A stretch of DNA of 64,000 bases from the human T2T-CHM13v2.0 reference genome, Homo sapiens. Below, one piece after another: positions 32,101-50,100 of this stretch; within the stretch, counting starts at the first letter, position 1, and each line of letters opens with the position of its first letter. The notes below the pieces were generated by a model. It did not search any database. It saw only the letters and a program-made list of their open reading frames with translations, and had not been told where the DNA came from. The stretch is taken from assembly GCF_009914755.1 (NCBI RefSeq), contig NC_060937.1; one strand, 5' to 3'. The translations under genes and the position numbers were made by a program.

Positions 32101-35100
32101 TATCAAAGTTCACAAAACATATATTATATACTGTACATAAAATATCAAAGTACCCAAGGTATATATTCTATACTGTACAAAAAATATCAAAGTACCCAAA
32201 GCATGTATTATATACTGTACATAAAATATGAAAGTACATCAAATATATATTTTATTCTGTACATAAAATATCAAAGTACACCAGATATATATTCTATAGT
32301 GTACATAAAATATCAAAGTACCCAAACTATACATTATATACTATACATAAAATATGAAATTACATCAAATATATATTATATTTGGTACATAAAATATGAA
32401 AGCACATCAAATATAGATTATATACTGTACATTAAATACCAAAGTACCCCAAATATATATTTTATACTGTACATCAAATATCAAAGTTCACAAACTATAT
32501 ATTATATACTGTACATAAAATATCAAAGTACCCAAGGTATATATTCTATACTGTACAAAAAATATCAAAGTACCCAAAGCATGTATTATATACTGTACAT
32601 AAAATATGAAAGTACATCAAATATATATTTTATTCTGTACATAAAACATCAAAGTACACCAGATATATATTCTATAGTGTACATAAAATATCAAAGTACC
32701 CAAACTATACATTATATACTGTACATAAAATACGAAATTACATCAAATATATATTATATTAGGTACATAAAATATGAAAGTACATCAAATATAGATTATA
32801 TACTGTACATAAATTATCAAAGTACCCCAAATATATATTATATACTCTACATGAAATATCAAAGTTCACAAACTATATATTATATACTGTACATAAAATA
32901 TCAAAGTACCCAAGGTATATATTCTATACTTAACAAAAAATATCAAAGTATCCAAAGCATGTATTATATACTGTATATAAAATATGAAAGTAAATTAAAT
33001 ATATATTTTATTCTGTACATAAAATATCAAAGTACACCAGATATATATTCTATAGTGTACATAAAATAACAAAGTACACAAAGTATAAATTATATACTGT
33101 ACATAAAATATGAAATTACATCAAATATATATTAGGTACATAAAATATGAAAGTACATCAAATATAGATTATATACTGTACATATAATATCAATGTACCC
33201 CAAATATATATTTTATACTCTACATGAAATATCAAAGTTCAAAAACCATATATTATATACTGTACATAAAATATCAAAGTACCCAAGGTATATATTCTAT
33301 ACTGTAGAAAAAATATCAAAGTACCCAAAGCATGTATTATATACTGTACATAAAATATGAAAATACATCAAATATATATTTTATTCTGTACATAATATAT
33401 CAAAGTACACCAGATATATATTCTATAGTGTACATAAAATATCAAAGTACACAAACTATACATTATATACTGTACATACAATATGAGATTACATCAAATA
33501 TATATTATATTAGGTACATAAAATATGAAAGTACATCAGATATAGATTATATACTGTACATAAAATATCAAAGTACCCCAAATATATATTATATACTCTA
33601 CATGAAATAACAAAGTTCACAAACTATATATTATATACTGTACATAAAATATCAAAGTACACAAGGTATATATTCTATACTGTACAAAAAATATCAAAGT
33701 ACCCAAAGCATGCATTATATACTGTATATAAAATATGAAAATGCATTAAATATATATTTTATTCTGTACATAAAATATCAAAGTACACCAGATATATATT
33801 CTATAGTGTACATAAAATAACAAAGTACACAAACTATAAATTATATACTGTACGTAAAATATGAAATTACATCAAATATATATTAGGTACATAAAATATG
33901 AAAGTACATCAAATATAGATTATATACTGTACATATAATATCAATGTACCCCAAATATATATTTTATACTCTACATGAAATATCAAAGTTCACAAACCAT
34001 ATATTATATACTGTACATAAAATATCAAAGTACCCAAGGTATATATTCTATACTGTACAAAAAATATAAAAGTACCCAAAGCATGTATTATATACTGTAC
34101 ATAAAATATGAAAGTACATCAAATATATATTTTATTCTGTACATAAAATATCAAAGTACACCAGATATATATTCTATAGTGTACATAAAATATCAAATTA
34201 CCAAAACTATACATTATATACTGTACATAAAATATGAAATTACATCAAATATATATTATATTAGGTACATAAAATATGAAAGCACATCAAATATAGATTA
34301 TATACTGTACATAAAATATCAAAGTACCCCAAATATATATTATATACTCTACATGAAATATCAAAGTTCACAAACTATATATTATATACTGTACATAAAA
34401 TATCAAAATACCCAAGGTATATATTCTATACTGTACAAAAAATATCAAAGTACCCAAAGCATGTATTATATACTGTACATAAAATATGAAAGTACATCAA
34501 ATATATATTTTATTCTTTACATAAAATATCAAAGTACACCAGATATATATTCTATAGTGTACATAAAATAACAAAGTACACAAACTATAAATTATATACT
34601 GTACATAAAATATGAAATTACATCAAATATATATTAGGTACATAAAATATGAAAGTACATCAAATATAGATTATATACTGTACATAAAATATCAATGTAC
34701 CCCAAATATATATTTTATACTCTACATGAAATATCAAAGTTCACAAACCATATATTATATATTGTACATAAAATATCAAAGTACCCAAGGTATATATTCT
34801 ATACTGTACAAAAAATATCAAAGTACCCAAAGCATGTATTATATACTGTACATAAAATACGAAAGTACATCAAATATATATTTTATTCTGTACATAAAAT
34901 ATCAAAGTACACCAGATATATATTCTATAGTGTACATAAAATAACAAAGTACACAAACTATAAATTATATACTGTACATAAAATATGAAATTACATCAAA
35001 TACATATTAGGTACATAAAATATGAAAGTACATCAAATATAGATTATATACTGTACATATAATATCAATGTACCACAAATATATATTTTATACTCTACAT

Positions 35101-38100
35101 GAAATATCAAAGTTCACAAACCATACATTATATACTGTACATAAAATATCAAAGTACCCAAGATATATATTCTATAGTGTACAAAAAATATCAAAGTACC
35201 CAAAGCATGTATTATATACTGTACATAAAATATGAAAGTACATCAAATATATATTTTATTCTGTACATAAAATATCAAAGTACACCAGATATACATTCTA
35301 TAGTGTACATAAAATATCAAAGTACACAAACTATACATTATATACTATACATAAAATATGAAATTACATCAAATATATATTAGGTACATAAAATATGAAA
35401 GTACATCAAATATAGATTATATACTGTACATAAAATATCAAAGTACCCCAAATATATATTATATACTGTACATGAAATATCAAAGTTCACAAACTATATA
35501 TTATATACTGTACATAAAATATGAATGTACCCAAGGTATATATTCTATACTGTACAAAATATATCAAAGTACCCAAAGCATGTATTATATACTGTACATA
35601 AAATATGAAAGTACATCAAGTATATATTTTATTCTGTACATAACATATCAAAGTACACCAGATATATATTCTATAGTGTACATAAAATATCAAAGTACCC
35701 AAACTATACATTATATACTGTACATAAAATATGAAATTACATCAAATATATTTTATATTAGGTACATAAAATATGAAAGTACATCAAATATAGATTATAT
35801 ACTGTACTTTAAATACCAAGGTACCTCAAATATATATTTTATACTGTACTTGAAATATCAAAGTTCACAAACTATATATTATATACTGTACATATAATAT
35901 CAAAGTACCCGAGGTATATATTCTATACTGTACAAAAAATAACGAAGTACCAAAAGCATGTATTATATACTGCACCTAAAATATGAAAGTTCATCAAATA
36001 TATACTTTATTCTGTACATAAAATATCAAAGAACACCAGATATATATTCTATAGTGTACATAAAATATCAAAGTACCCAAACTATACATTATATACTGTA
36101 CATAAAATATGAAATTTCATCAAATATATATTATATTAGGTACATAAAATATGAAAGTACATCAAATATAGATTATATACTGTACATAAAATATCAAAGT
36201 ACCCCAAATATATATTATATACTCTACATGAAATATCAAAATTCACAAACTATATATTATATACTGTACATAAAATATCAAAGTACCCAAGGTATATATT
36301 CTATACTGTACAAAAAATATCAAAGTATCCAAAGCATGTATTATATACTGTATATAAAATATGAAAGTACATTATATATATATTTTATTCTGTACATAAA
36401 ACATCAAAGTACACCAGATATATATTCTATAGTGTACATAAAATAACAAAGTACACAAACTTTAAATTATATACTGTACATAAAATATGAAATTACATCA
36501 AATATATATTAGGTACATAAAATATGAAAGTACATCAAATATAGATTATATACTGTACATATAATATCAATGTACCCCAAATATATATTTTATACTCTAC
36601 ATGAAATATCAAAGTTCACAAACCATATATTATATACTGTACATAAAATATCAAAGTACCCAAGGTATATATTCTATACCGTAGAAAAAATATCAAAGTA
36701 CCCAAAGCATGTATTATATACTGTACATAAAATATGAAAGTACATCAAATATATATTTTATTCTGTACATAATATATCAAAGTACACCAGATATATATTC
36801 TATAGTGTACATAAAATATCAAAGTACCCAAACTATACATTATATACTGTACATAAAATTTGAAATTACATCAAATATATATTATATTAGGTACATAAAA
36901 TATGAAAGTACATCAAATATAGATTATATACTGTACATAAAATATCAAAGTACCCCAAATATATATTATATACTCTACATGAAATATCAAAGTTCACAAA
37001 CTATATATTATATACTGTACATAAAATATCAAAGTACCCAAGGTATATATTCTATACTGTACAAAAAATATCAAAGTATCCAAAGCATGTATTATATACT
37101 GTATATAAAATATGAAAGTACATTAAATATATATATTATTCTGTACATAAAATATCAAAGTACACCAGATATATATTCTATAGTGTACATAAAATATCAA
37201 AGTACACAAACTATAAATTATATACTGTACATAAAATATGAAATTATATCAAATATATATTAGGTACATAAAATATGAAAGTACATCAAATATAGATTAT
37301 ATACTGTACATAAAATATCAATGTACCCCAAATATATATTTTATACTATACATGAAATATCAAAGTTCACAAACTATATATTATATATTGTACATAAAAT
37401 ATCAAAGTACCCAAGGTATATATTCTATACTGTACAAAAAATATCAAAGTACCCAAAGCATGTATTATATACTGTACATAAAATATGAAAGTACATCAAA
37501 TATATATTTTATTCTGTACATAAAATATCAAAGTACACCAGATATATATTCTATAGTGTACATAAAATATCAAAGTACCCAAACTATACATTATATACTG
37601 TACATAAAATATGAAATTACATCAAATATATATTATATTAGGTACATAAAATATGAAAGCACATCAAATATAGATTATATACTGTACATTAAATACCAAA
37701 GTACACCAAATATATATTTTATACTGTACATCAAATATCAAAGTTCACAAACTATATATTATATACTGTACATAAAATATCAAAGTACACAAGGTATATA
37801 TTCTATACTGTACAAAAAATATCAAAGTACCCAAAGCATGTATTATATACTGTACATAAAATATGAAAGTACATCATATATATATTTTATACTGTACATA
37901 TAATATCAAAGTACACCAGATATATATTCTATAGTGTACATAAAATATCAAAGTACCCAAACTATACATTATATACTGTACATAAAATATGAAATTACAT
38001 CAAATATATATTATATTAGGTACATAAAATATAAAGGACATCAAATATAGATTATATACTGTACATAAAATATCAAAGTACCCCAAATATATATTATATA

Positions 38101-41100
38101 CTCTACATGAAATATCAAAGTTCACACACTATATATTATATACTGTACATAAAATATCAAAGTACCCAAGGTATATATTCTATACTGTAGAAAAAATATC
38201 AAAGTACCCAAAGCATGTATTATATTCTGTATATAAAATATGAAAATACATTAAATACTTACTTTATTCTGTACATAAAATATCAAAGTACACCAGATAT
38301 ATATTCTATAGTGTACATAAAATAACAAAGTACACAAACTATAAATTATATACTGTACATAAAATATGAAATTACATCAAATACATATTAGGTACATAAA
38401 ATATGAAAGTACATCAAATATAGATTATATACTGTACATATAATATCAATGTACCCCAAATATATATTTTATACTCTACATGAAATATCAAATTTCAGAA
38501 ACCATACATTATATACTGTAAATAAAATATCAAAGTACCCAAGGTATATATTCTATAGTGTACAAAAAATATCAAAGTACAGAAAGCATGTATTATATAC
38601 TGTACATAAAATATGAAAGTAAATCAAATATATATTTTATTCTGTACATAAAATATCAAAGTACACCAGATATATATTCTATAGTGTACATAAAATATCA
38701 AAGTACCCAAACCATACATTATATACTATACATAAAATATGAAATTACATCAAATATATATTAGGTACATAAAATATGAAAGTACATCAAATATAGATTA
38801 TATACTGTACATAAAATATCAAAGTACCCCAAATATATATTATATACTGTACATGAAATATCAAAGTTCACAAACTATATATTATATACTGTACATAAAA
38901 TATGAAAGTACCCAAGGTATATATTCTATACTGTACAAAAAATATCAAAGTACCCAAAGCATGTATTATATACTGTACATAAAATATGAAAGTACATCAA
39001 GTATATATTTTATTCTGTACATAACATATCAAAGTACACCAGATATATATTCTATAGTGTACATAAAATATCAAAGTACCCAAACTATACATTATATACT
39101 GTACATAAAATATGAAATTACATCAAATATATTTTATATTAGGTACATAAAATATGAAAGTACATCAAATATAGATTATATACTGTACTTTAAATACCAA
39201 GGTACCTCAAATATATATTTTATACTGTACTTGAAATATCAAAGTTCACAAACTATATATTATATACTGTACATATAATATCAAAGTACCGGAGGTATAT
39301 ATTCTATACTGTACAAAAAATAACAAAGTACCAAAAGCATGTACTATATACTGCACCTAAAATATGAAAGTTCATCCAATATATACTTTATTCTGTACAT
39401 AAAATATCAAAGTACACCAGATATATATTCTATAGTGTACATAAAATATCAAAGTACCCAAACTATACATTATATACTTTACATAAAATATGAAATTACA
39501 TCAAATATATATTAGGTACATAAAATATGAAAGTACATCAAATATAGATTATATACTGTACATAAAATATCAAAGTACCCCAAATATATATTATATACTG
39601 TATATGAAATATCAAAGTTCACAAACTATATATTATATACTGTACATAAAATATCAAAGTACCCAAGGTATATATTCTATACTGTACAAAAAATATCAAA
39701 GTACCCAAAGCATGTATTATATACTGTACATAAAATATGAAAGTACATCAAATATATATTTTATTCTGTACATAATATATCAAAGTACACCAGATATATA
39801 TTCTATAGTGTACATAAATATCAAAGTACCCAAACTATACATTATATACTGTACATAAAATATGAAATTACATCAAATATATATTATATTAGGTACATAA
39901 AATATGAAAGTACATCAAATATAGATTATATACCGTACATTAAAAACCAAAGTACCCCAAATATATATTTTATACTGTACATGAAATATCAAAGTTCACA
40001 AACTATATATTATATACTGTACATAAAATATCAAAGTACCCAAGGTATATATTCTATACTGTACAAAAAATATCAAAGTACCCAAAGCATGTATTATATA
40101 CTGTACATAAAATATGAAAGTACATCAAATATATATTTTATTCTGTACATAAAATATCAAAGTACACCAGATATATATTCTATAGTGTACATGAAATATC
40201 AAAATACAAACTATACATTATATACTGTAAATAAAATATGAAATTACATCAAATATATTTTATATTAGGTACATAAAATATGAAAGTACATCAAATATAG
40301 ATTATATACTGTACATTAAATACCAAAGTACCCCAAATATATATTTTATACTGTACATCAAATATCAAAGTTCACAAACTATATATTATATACTGTACAT
40401 AAAATATCAAAGTACCCAAGGTATATATTCTATACTGTACAAAAAATATCAAAGTACCCAAAGCATGTATTATATACTGTACATAAAATATGAAAGTACA
40501 TCAAATATATATTTTATTCTGTACATAAAACATCAAAGTACACCAGATATATATTCTATAGTGTACATAAAATATCAAAGTACCCAAACTATACATTATA
40601 TACTGTACATAAAATATGAAATTACATCAAATATATATTATATTAGGTACATAAAATATGTAAGTACATCAAATATAGATTATATACTGTACATAAAATA
40701 TCAAAGTACCCCAAATATATATTATATACTCTACATGAAATATCAAAGTTCACAAACTATATATTATATACTGTACATAAAATATCAAAGTACCCAAGGT
40801 ATATATTCTATACTGTACAAAAAATATCAAAGTATCCAAAGCATGTATTATATACTGTATATAAAATATGAAAGTACATTATATATATATTTTATTCTGT
40901 ACATAAAACATCAAAGTACACCAGATATATATTCTATAGTGTACATAAAATAACAAAGTACACAAACTATAAATTATATACTGTACATAAAATATGAAAT
41001 TACATCAAATATATATTAGGTACATAAAATATGAAAGTAAATCAAATATAGATTATATACTGTACATAAAATAACCATGTACCCCAAATATATATTTTAT

Positions 41101-44100
41101 ACTCTACATGGAATATCAAAGATCACAAACCATATATTATATACTGTACATAAAATATCAAAGTACCCAAGGTATATATTCTATACTGTAAAAAAAATAT
41201 CAAAGTACCGAAAGCATGTATTATATACTGTACTTCAAATATGAAAGTACATCAAATATATATTTTATTCTGTACATAAAATATCAAACTACACCAGATA
41301 TATATTCTATAGTGTACATAAAATATCAAAGTACCCAAACTATACATTATATACTGTACATAAAATATGAAATTACATCAAATATATTTTATATTAGGTA
41401 CATAAAATATGAAAGTACATCAAATATAGGTTATATACTGTACATTAAATACCAAAGTACCCCAAATATATATTTTATACTGTACATGAAATATCAAAGT
41501 TCACAAACTATATATTATATACTGTACATATAATATCAAAGTACCCAAGGTATATATTCTATACTGTACAAAAAATAACAAAGTACCAAAAGCATGTATA
41601 ATATACTGTACATAAAATATGAAAGTACATCAAATATATATTTTATTCTGTACATAAAATATCAAAGTACACCAGATATATATTCTATAGTGTACATAAA
41701 ATATCAAAGTACCCAAACTATACATTATATACTGTAAATAAAATATGAAATTACATCAAATATATTTTATATTAGGTACATAAAATATGAAAGTACATCA
41801 AATATACATTATATACTGTACATTAAATACCAAAGTATCCCAAATATATATTTTATACTGCACATGAAATATCAAAGTTCACAAACTATATATTATATAC
41901 TGTACATAAATTATCAAAGTACCCAAGGTATATATTCTATACTGTACAAAAAATATCAAAGTACCCAAAGCATGTATTATATACTGTACATAAAATATGA
42001 AAGTACATCAAATATATATTTTATTCTGTACATAAAACATCAAACTACACCAGATATATATTCTATAGTGTACATAAAATATAAAAGTACCCAAACTATA
42101 CATTATATACTGTACATAAAATATGAAATTATATCAAATATATATTATATTAGGTACATAATATATGAAAGTACATCAAATATAGATTATATACTGTACA
42201 TAAAATATCAAAGTACCCCAAATATATATTATATACTCTACATGAAATATCAAAGTTCACAAGCTATATATTATATACTGTACATAAAATATCAAAGTAC
42301 CCAAGTTATATATTCTATACTGCACAAAAAATATCAAAGTACCCAAAGCATGTATTATATACTGTACATAAAATATGAAAGTACATCAAATATATATTTT
42401 ATTCTGTACATAAAATATCAAAGTACACCAGATATATAATCTATAGTGTACATAAAATATCAAATTACCCAAACTATACATTATATACTGTACATAAAAT
42501 ATGAAATTACATCAAATATATATTATATTAGGTACATAAAATATGAAAGTACATCAAATATAGATTATATACTGTACATTAAATACCAAAGTACCCCAAA
42601 TATATATTTTATACTGTACATGAAATATCAAAGTTCACAAACTATATATTATATACTGTACATATTATATCAAAGTACCCGAGGTATATATTCTATACTG
42701 TACAAAAAATATCAAAGTACCAAAAGCTTGTATTATATACTGTACCTAAAATATGAAAGTACATCAAATATATATTTTATTCTGTACATAAAATATAAAA
42801 GTACACCAGATATATATTCTATAGTGTACACAAAATATCACAGTACCCAAACTATACATTATATACTGTACATAAAATATGAAATTACATCAAATATATA
42901 TTAGGTACATAAAATATGAAAGTACATCAAATATAGATTATATACTGTACATAAAATATCAAAGTACCCCAAATATATATTATATACTCTACATGAAATA
43001 TCAAATTTCACAAACTATATATTATGTACTGTACATAAAATATCAAAGTACCCAAGGTATATATTCTATACTGTGCAAAAAATATCAAAGTACCCAAAGC
43101 ATGTATTATATACGGTATATAAAATATGAAAGTACATCAAATATATATTTTATTCTGTACATAAAATATCAAAGTACACCAGATATATATTCTATAGTGT
43201 ACATAAAATAACAAAGTACAAAAACTATAAATTATATACTGTACATAAAATATGAAATTACATCAAATATATATTAAGTACATAAAATATGAAAGTACAT
43301 CAAATATAGATTATATACTGTACATAAAATATCAATGTACCCCAAATATATATTTTATACTCTACATGAAATATCAAAGTTCACAAACCATATATTATAT
43401 ACTGTACATAAAATATCAAAGTACCCAAGGTATATATAATATACTATACAAAAAATATCAAAGTACCCAAAACATGTATTATATACTGTACATAAAATAT
43501 GAAAGTACATCAAATATATATTTTATTCTGTACATAAAATATCAAAGTACACCAGATATATATTCTATAGTGTACATAAAATATCAAAGTACCCAAACTA
43601 TACATTATATGCTATACATAAAATATGAGATTACGTCAAATATATATTATATTAGGTACATAAAATATGAAAGTACATCAAATATAGATTATATACTGTA
43701 CATATAATATCAATGTACCCCAAATATATATTTTATACTGTACATGAAATATCAAAGTTCACAAACCATACATTATATACTGTACATATAATATCAAAGT
43801 ACCCAAAGTATATATTCTATACTGTACAAAAAATATCAAAGTACCCAAAGCATGTATTATATGCTGTACATTAAATATGAAAGTACATCAAATATATATT
43901 TTATTCTGTACAAAATATATCAAAGTACACCAGATATATATTCTATAGAGTACATAAAATATCAAAGTACCCAAACTATACATTATATACTGTACATAAA
44001 ATATGAGATTACATCAAATATATATTATGTTAGGTACATAAAATATGAAAGTACATCAAATATAGATTATATAATGTACATTAAATACCAAAGTACCCCA

Positions 44101-47100
44101 AATATATATTATATACTCTACATGAAATATCAAAGTTCACAAACTATATATTATATACTGTACATAAAATATCAAAGTACCCAAGGTATATATTCTATAC
44201 TGTACAAAAGATATCAAAGTACCCAAAGCATGTATTATATACTGTACATAAAATATGAAACTACATCAAATATATATTTTATTCTGTACAAAAAATACAA
44301 AGTACACCAGACATATTTTCTATAGTGTACATAAAATATCAAAGTACCCAAAGCATGTATTATATACTGTACATAAAATATGAAAGTACATCAAATATAT
44401 ATTTTATTCTGTACATAAAATATCAAAGTACACCAGATATATATTCTATAGTGTACATAAAATATCAAAAGCACCCAAACTATACATTATATACTGTACA
44501 TAAAATATGAAATTACATCAAATATATATTATATTAGGTACATAAAATATGAAAGTACATCAAATATAGATTATATACTGTATATAAAATATCAAAGTAT
44601 CCCAAATATATATTATATACTCTACATGAAATATCAAAGTTCACAAACTATATATTATGTACTGTACATAAAATATCAAAGTACCCAAGGTATATATTCT
44701 ATACTGCACAAAAAATATCAAAGTACCCAAAGCATGTATTATATACTGTACATAAAATATGAAAGTACATCAAATATATATTTTATTCTGTACATAATAT
44801 ATCAAAGTACACCAGATATATATTCTATAGTGTACATAAAATAACAAAGTACACAAACTATAGATTATATACTGTACATAAAATATGAAATTACATCAAA
44901 TATATATTGGGTACATAAAATATGAAAGTACATCAAATTTAGATTATATACTGTACATAAAATATCAATGTACCCCAAATATATATTTTATACTCTACAT
45001 GAAATATCAAAGTTCACAAACCATATGTTGTATACTGTACATAAAATATCAAAGTACCCAAGGTTTATATTCTATACTGTACAAAAAATATCAAAGTACC
45101 CAATGCATGTATTATACACTGTACATAAAATATGAAAGTACATCAAATATATATTTTATTCTGTACATAAAATATCAAAGTACACCAGATATATATTCTA
45201 TAGTGTACATAAAATATCAAAGTACCCAAACTATACATTATATACTGTACATAAAATATGAAATTACATCAAATATATATTAGGTACATAAAATATGAAA
45301 GTACATCAAATATAGATTATATACTGTACATAAAATATCAATGTACCCCAAATATATATTTTATACTCTACATTAAATATCAAAGTTCAGAAACTATATA
45401 TTATATACTGTACATAAAATATCAAAGTACCCAAGGTATATATTCTATACTGTACAAAAAATATCAAAGTACCCAAAGCATGTATTATATACTGTACCTA
45501 AAATATGAAAGTACATCAAATATATATTTTATTCTGTACATAAAATATCAAAGTACACCAGATGTATATTCTATAGTGTACATAAAATATCAAAGTACCC
45601 AAACTATACATTATATAATGTACATAAAATATGAAATTACATCAAATATATATTATATTAGGTACATAAAATATGAAAGTACATCAAATATAGATTATAC
45701 ACACTACATAAAATATCAAAGTACCCCAAATATATATTATATACTCTACATGAAATATCAAAGTTTGTAAACTATATATTATATACTGTACATAGAATAA
45801 AGTCCCCAAGGTATATATTCTATACTGTAGATAAAATACCAAAGTACCCAAAGCATGTATTATATACTGTATATAAAATATGGAAGTACATCAAATATAT
45901 ATTTTATTCTGTACATAAAATATCAAAGTACACCAGATATATATTCTATAGTGTACATAAAATAACAAAGTACAAAAACTATAAATTATATACTATACAT
46001 AAAATATGAAATTACATCAAATATATATTAGGTACATAAAATATGAAAGTACATCAAATATAGATTATATACTGTACATAAAATTTCAATGTACCCCAAA
46101 TATATATTTTATACTCTACATGAAATATCAAAGTTCACAAACTATATATTATATACTGTACATAAAATATCAAAGTACCCAGGGAATATATTCTATACTA
46201 TACAAAAAATATCAAAGTACCCAAAGCATTTATTATATACTGTACATAAAATATGAAAGTACATCAAATATATATTTTATTCTGTACATAAAATATCAAA
46301 GTACGCCAGATATATATTCTATAGTGTACATAAAATATCAAAGTAAACAAACTATACATTATATACTGTACATAAAATATGAAATTACATCAAATATATA
46401 TTATATTAGGTACATAAAATATGAAAGTACATCAAATATAGATTATATACTGTACATTAAATACCAAAGTACCCCAAATATATATTTTATACTGTACATG
46501 AAATATCAAAGTTCACAAACTATATATTATATACTGTACAAAAAATATCAAAGTACCCAAGGTATATATTCTCTACTGTACAAAAAATATCAAAGTACCC
46601 AAAGCATGTATTATATACTTTACCTAAAATATGAAAGTACATCAAATATATATTTTATTCTGTACATAAAATATCAAAGTACACCACATATATATTCTAT
46701 AGTGTACATAAAATATCAAAGTACCCAAACTATACATTATATACTGTACATAAAATATGAAATTACATCAAATATATATTAGGTACCTAAAATATGAAAG
46801 TACATCAAATATAGATTATATACTGTACATAAAATATCAATGTACCCCAAATATATATTTTATACTCGACATGAAATATCAAAGTTCACAAACCATATAT
46901 TATATACTGTACATAAAATATCAAAGTACCCAAGGTATATATTCAATACTGTACAAAAAATATCAAAGTACCCAAAGCATGTATTATATACTGTACATAA
47001 AATATGAAAGTACATCAAATATATATTTTATTCTGTACATAAAATATCAAAGTACACCAGATATATATTCTATAGTGTACTTAAAATATCAAAGTACCCA

Positions 47101-50100
47101 AACTATACATTATATACTGTACATAAAATATGAAATTACATCAAATATATATTATATTAGGTACATAAAATATGAAAGTACATCAAATATAGATTATATA
47201 CTGTACATTAAATACCAAAGTACCCCAAATATATATTTTATACTGTACATGAAATATCAAAGTTCACAAACTATATATTATATACTGTACATAAAATATC
47301 AAAGTACCCAAGGTATATATTCTATACTGTACAAAAAATATCAAAGTACCCAAAGCATGTATTATATACTGTACATAAAATATGAAAGTACATCAAATAT
47401 ATATTTTATTCTGTACATAAAATATCAAAGTACCCCAAATATATATTATATACTCTACATGAAATATCAAAGTTCACAAACTATATATTATATACTGTAC
47501 ATAAAATATGAGATTACATCAAATATATTTTATATTAGGTACATAAAATATGAAAGTACATCAAATATAGATTATATACTTTACATTAAGTACCAAAGTA
47601 CCCCAAATATATATTTTATACTGTATATGAAATATCAAAGTTCACAAACTATATATTATATACTGTACATAAAATATCAAATTACCCAAGGTATATATTC
47701 TATACTGTACAAAAAATAACAAAGTACCAAAAGCAAGTATTATAAACTGTACCTAAAATATGAAAGTACATCAAATATATATTTTATTCTGTACATAAAA
47801 TATCAAAGTACACCAGATATATATTCTATAGTGTACATAAAATATCAAAGTACCCAAACTATACATTATATACTGTACATAAAATATGAAATTACATCAA
47901 ATATATTTTATATTAGGTACATAAAATATGAAAGTACATCAAATATAGATTATATACTGTACATTAAATACCAAAGTACCCCAAATATATATTTTATACT
48001 GTATATGAAATATCAAAGTTCACAAACTATATATTATGTACTGTACATAAAATATCAAAGTACCCAAGGTATATATTCTATACTGTACAAAAAATATCAA
48101 AGTACCCAAAGCATGTATTATATACTGTACATTAAATATGAAAGTACATCAAATATATATTTTATTCTGTACATAAAATATCAAAGTACACCAGATATAT
48201 ATTCTAGTGTGTACATAAAATAACAAAGTACCCAAACTATACATTATATACTGTACATAAAATATGAGATTACATCAAATATATATTATATTAGCTACAT
48301 AAAATATGAAAGTACATCAGATATAGATTATATACTGTACATAAAATATCAATGTACCCCAAATATATATTTTATACTCTACATGAAATATCAAAGTTCA
48401 CAAACCATATATTGTATACTGTACATAAAATATCAAAGTACCCAAGGTATATATTCTATACTGTACAAAAAATATCAAAGTACCCAAAGCATGTATTATA
48501 CACTGTACATAAAATATGAAAGTACATCAAATATATATTTTATTCTGTACATAAAATATCAAAGTACACCAGATATATATTCTATAGTGTACATAAAATA
48601 TCAAAGTACCCAAACAATACATTATATACTGTACATAAAATATGAAATTACATCAAATATATATTATATTAGGTACATAAAATATGAAAGTACATCAAAT
48701 ATAGATTACATACTGTACATTAAATATCAAAGTACCCCAAATATATATTTTATACTGTACATGAAATATCAAAGTTCACAAACTATATATTATATACTGT
48801 ACATAAAATATCAAAGTACCCAAGGTATATATTCTATACTGTACAAAAAATATCAAAGTACCCAAACCATGTATTATATACTGTACCTAAAATATGAAAG
48901 TACATCAAATATATATTTTATTCTGTACATAAAATATCAAAGTACACCAGATATATATTCTATAGTGTACATAAAATATCAAAGTACCCAAACTATACAT
49001 TATATACTGTACATAAAATATGAAATTACATCAAATATATATTATATTAGGTACATAAAATATGAAAGTACATCAAATATAGATTATACACACTACATAA
49101 AATATCAAAGTACCCCAAATATATATTATATACTCTACATGAAATATCAAAGTTTGCAAACTATATATTATATACTGTACATAAAATAAAGTCCCCAAGG
49201 TATATATTCTATACTGTAGATAAAATACCAAAGTACCCAAAGCATGTATTATATACTGTATATAAAATATGGAAGTACATCAAATATATATTTTATTCTG
49301 TACATAAAATATCAAAGTACACCAGATATATATTCTATAGTGTACATAAAATAACAAAGTACAAAAACTATAAATTATATACTGTACATAAAATATGAAA
49401 TTACATCAAATATATATTAGGTACATAAAATATGAAAGTACATCAAATATAGATTATATACTGTACATAAAATTTCAATGTACCCCAAATATATATTTTA
49501 TACTCTACATGAAATATCAAAGTTCACAAACCATATATTATATACTGTACATAAAATATCAAAGTACCCAAGGAATATATTCTATACTATACAAAAAATA
49601 TCAAAGTACCCAAAGCATGTATTATATACTGTACCTAAAATATGAAAGTACATCAAATATATACTTTATTCTGTACATAAAATATCAAAGTACACCAGAT
49701 ATATATTCTATAGTGTACATAAAATATCAAAGTACCCAAACTATACATTATATACTGTACATAAAATATGAAATTACATCAAATATATTTTATATTAGGT
49801 ACATAAAATATAAAAGTACATCAAATATAGATTATATACTGTACATTAAATACCAAAGTACCCCAAATATATATTTTATACTGTACATGAAATATCAAAC
49901 TTCACAAACTATATATTATATACTGTACATATAATATCAAAGTACCCAAGGTATATATTCTACACTGTACAAAAAATAACAAAGTACCAAAAGCATGTAT
50001 AATATACTGTATATAAAATATGAAAGTACATGAAATATATATTTTATTCTGTACATAAAATATCAAAGTACACCAGATATGTATTCTATAGTGTACATAA

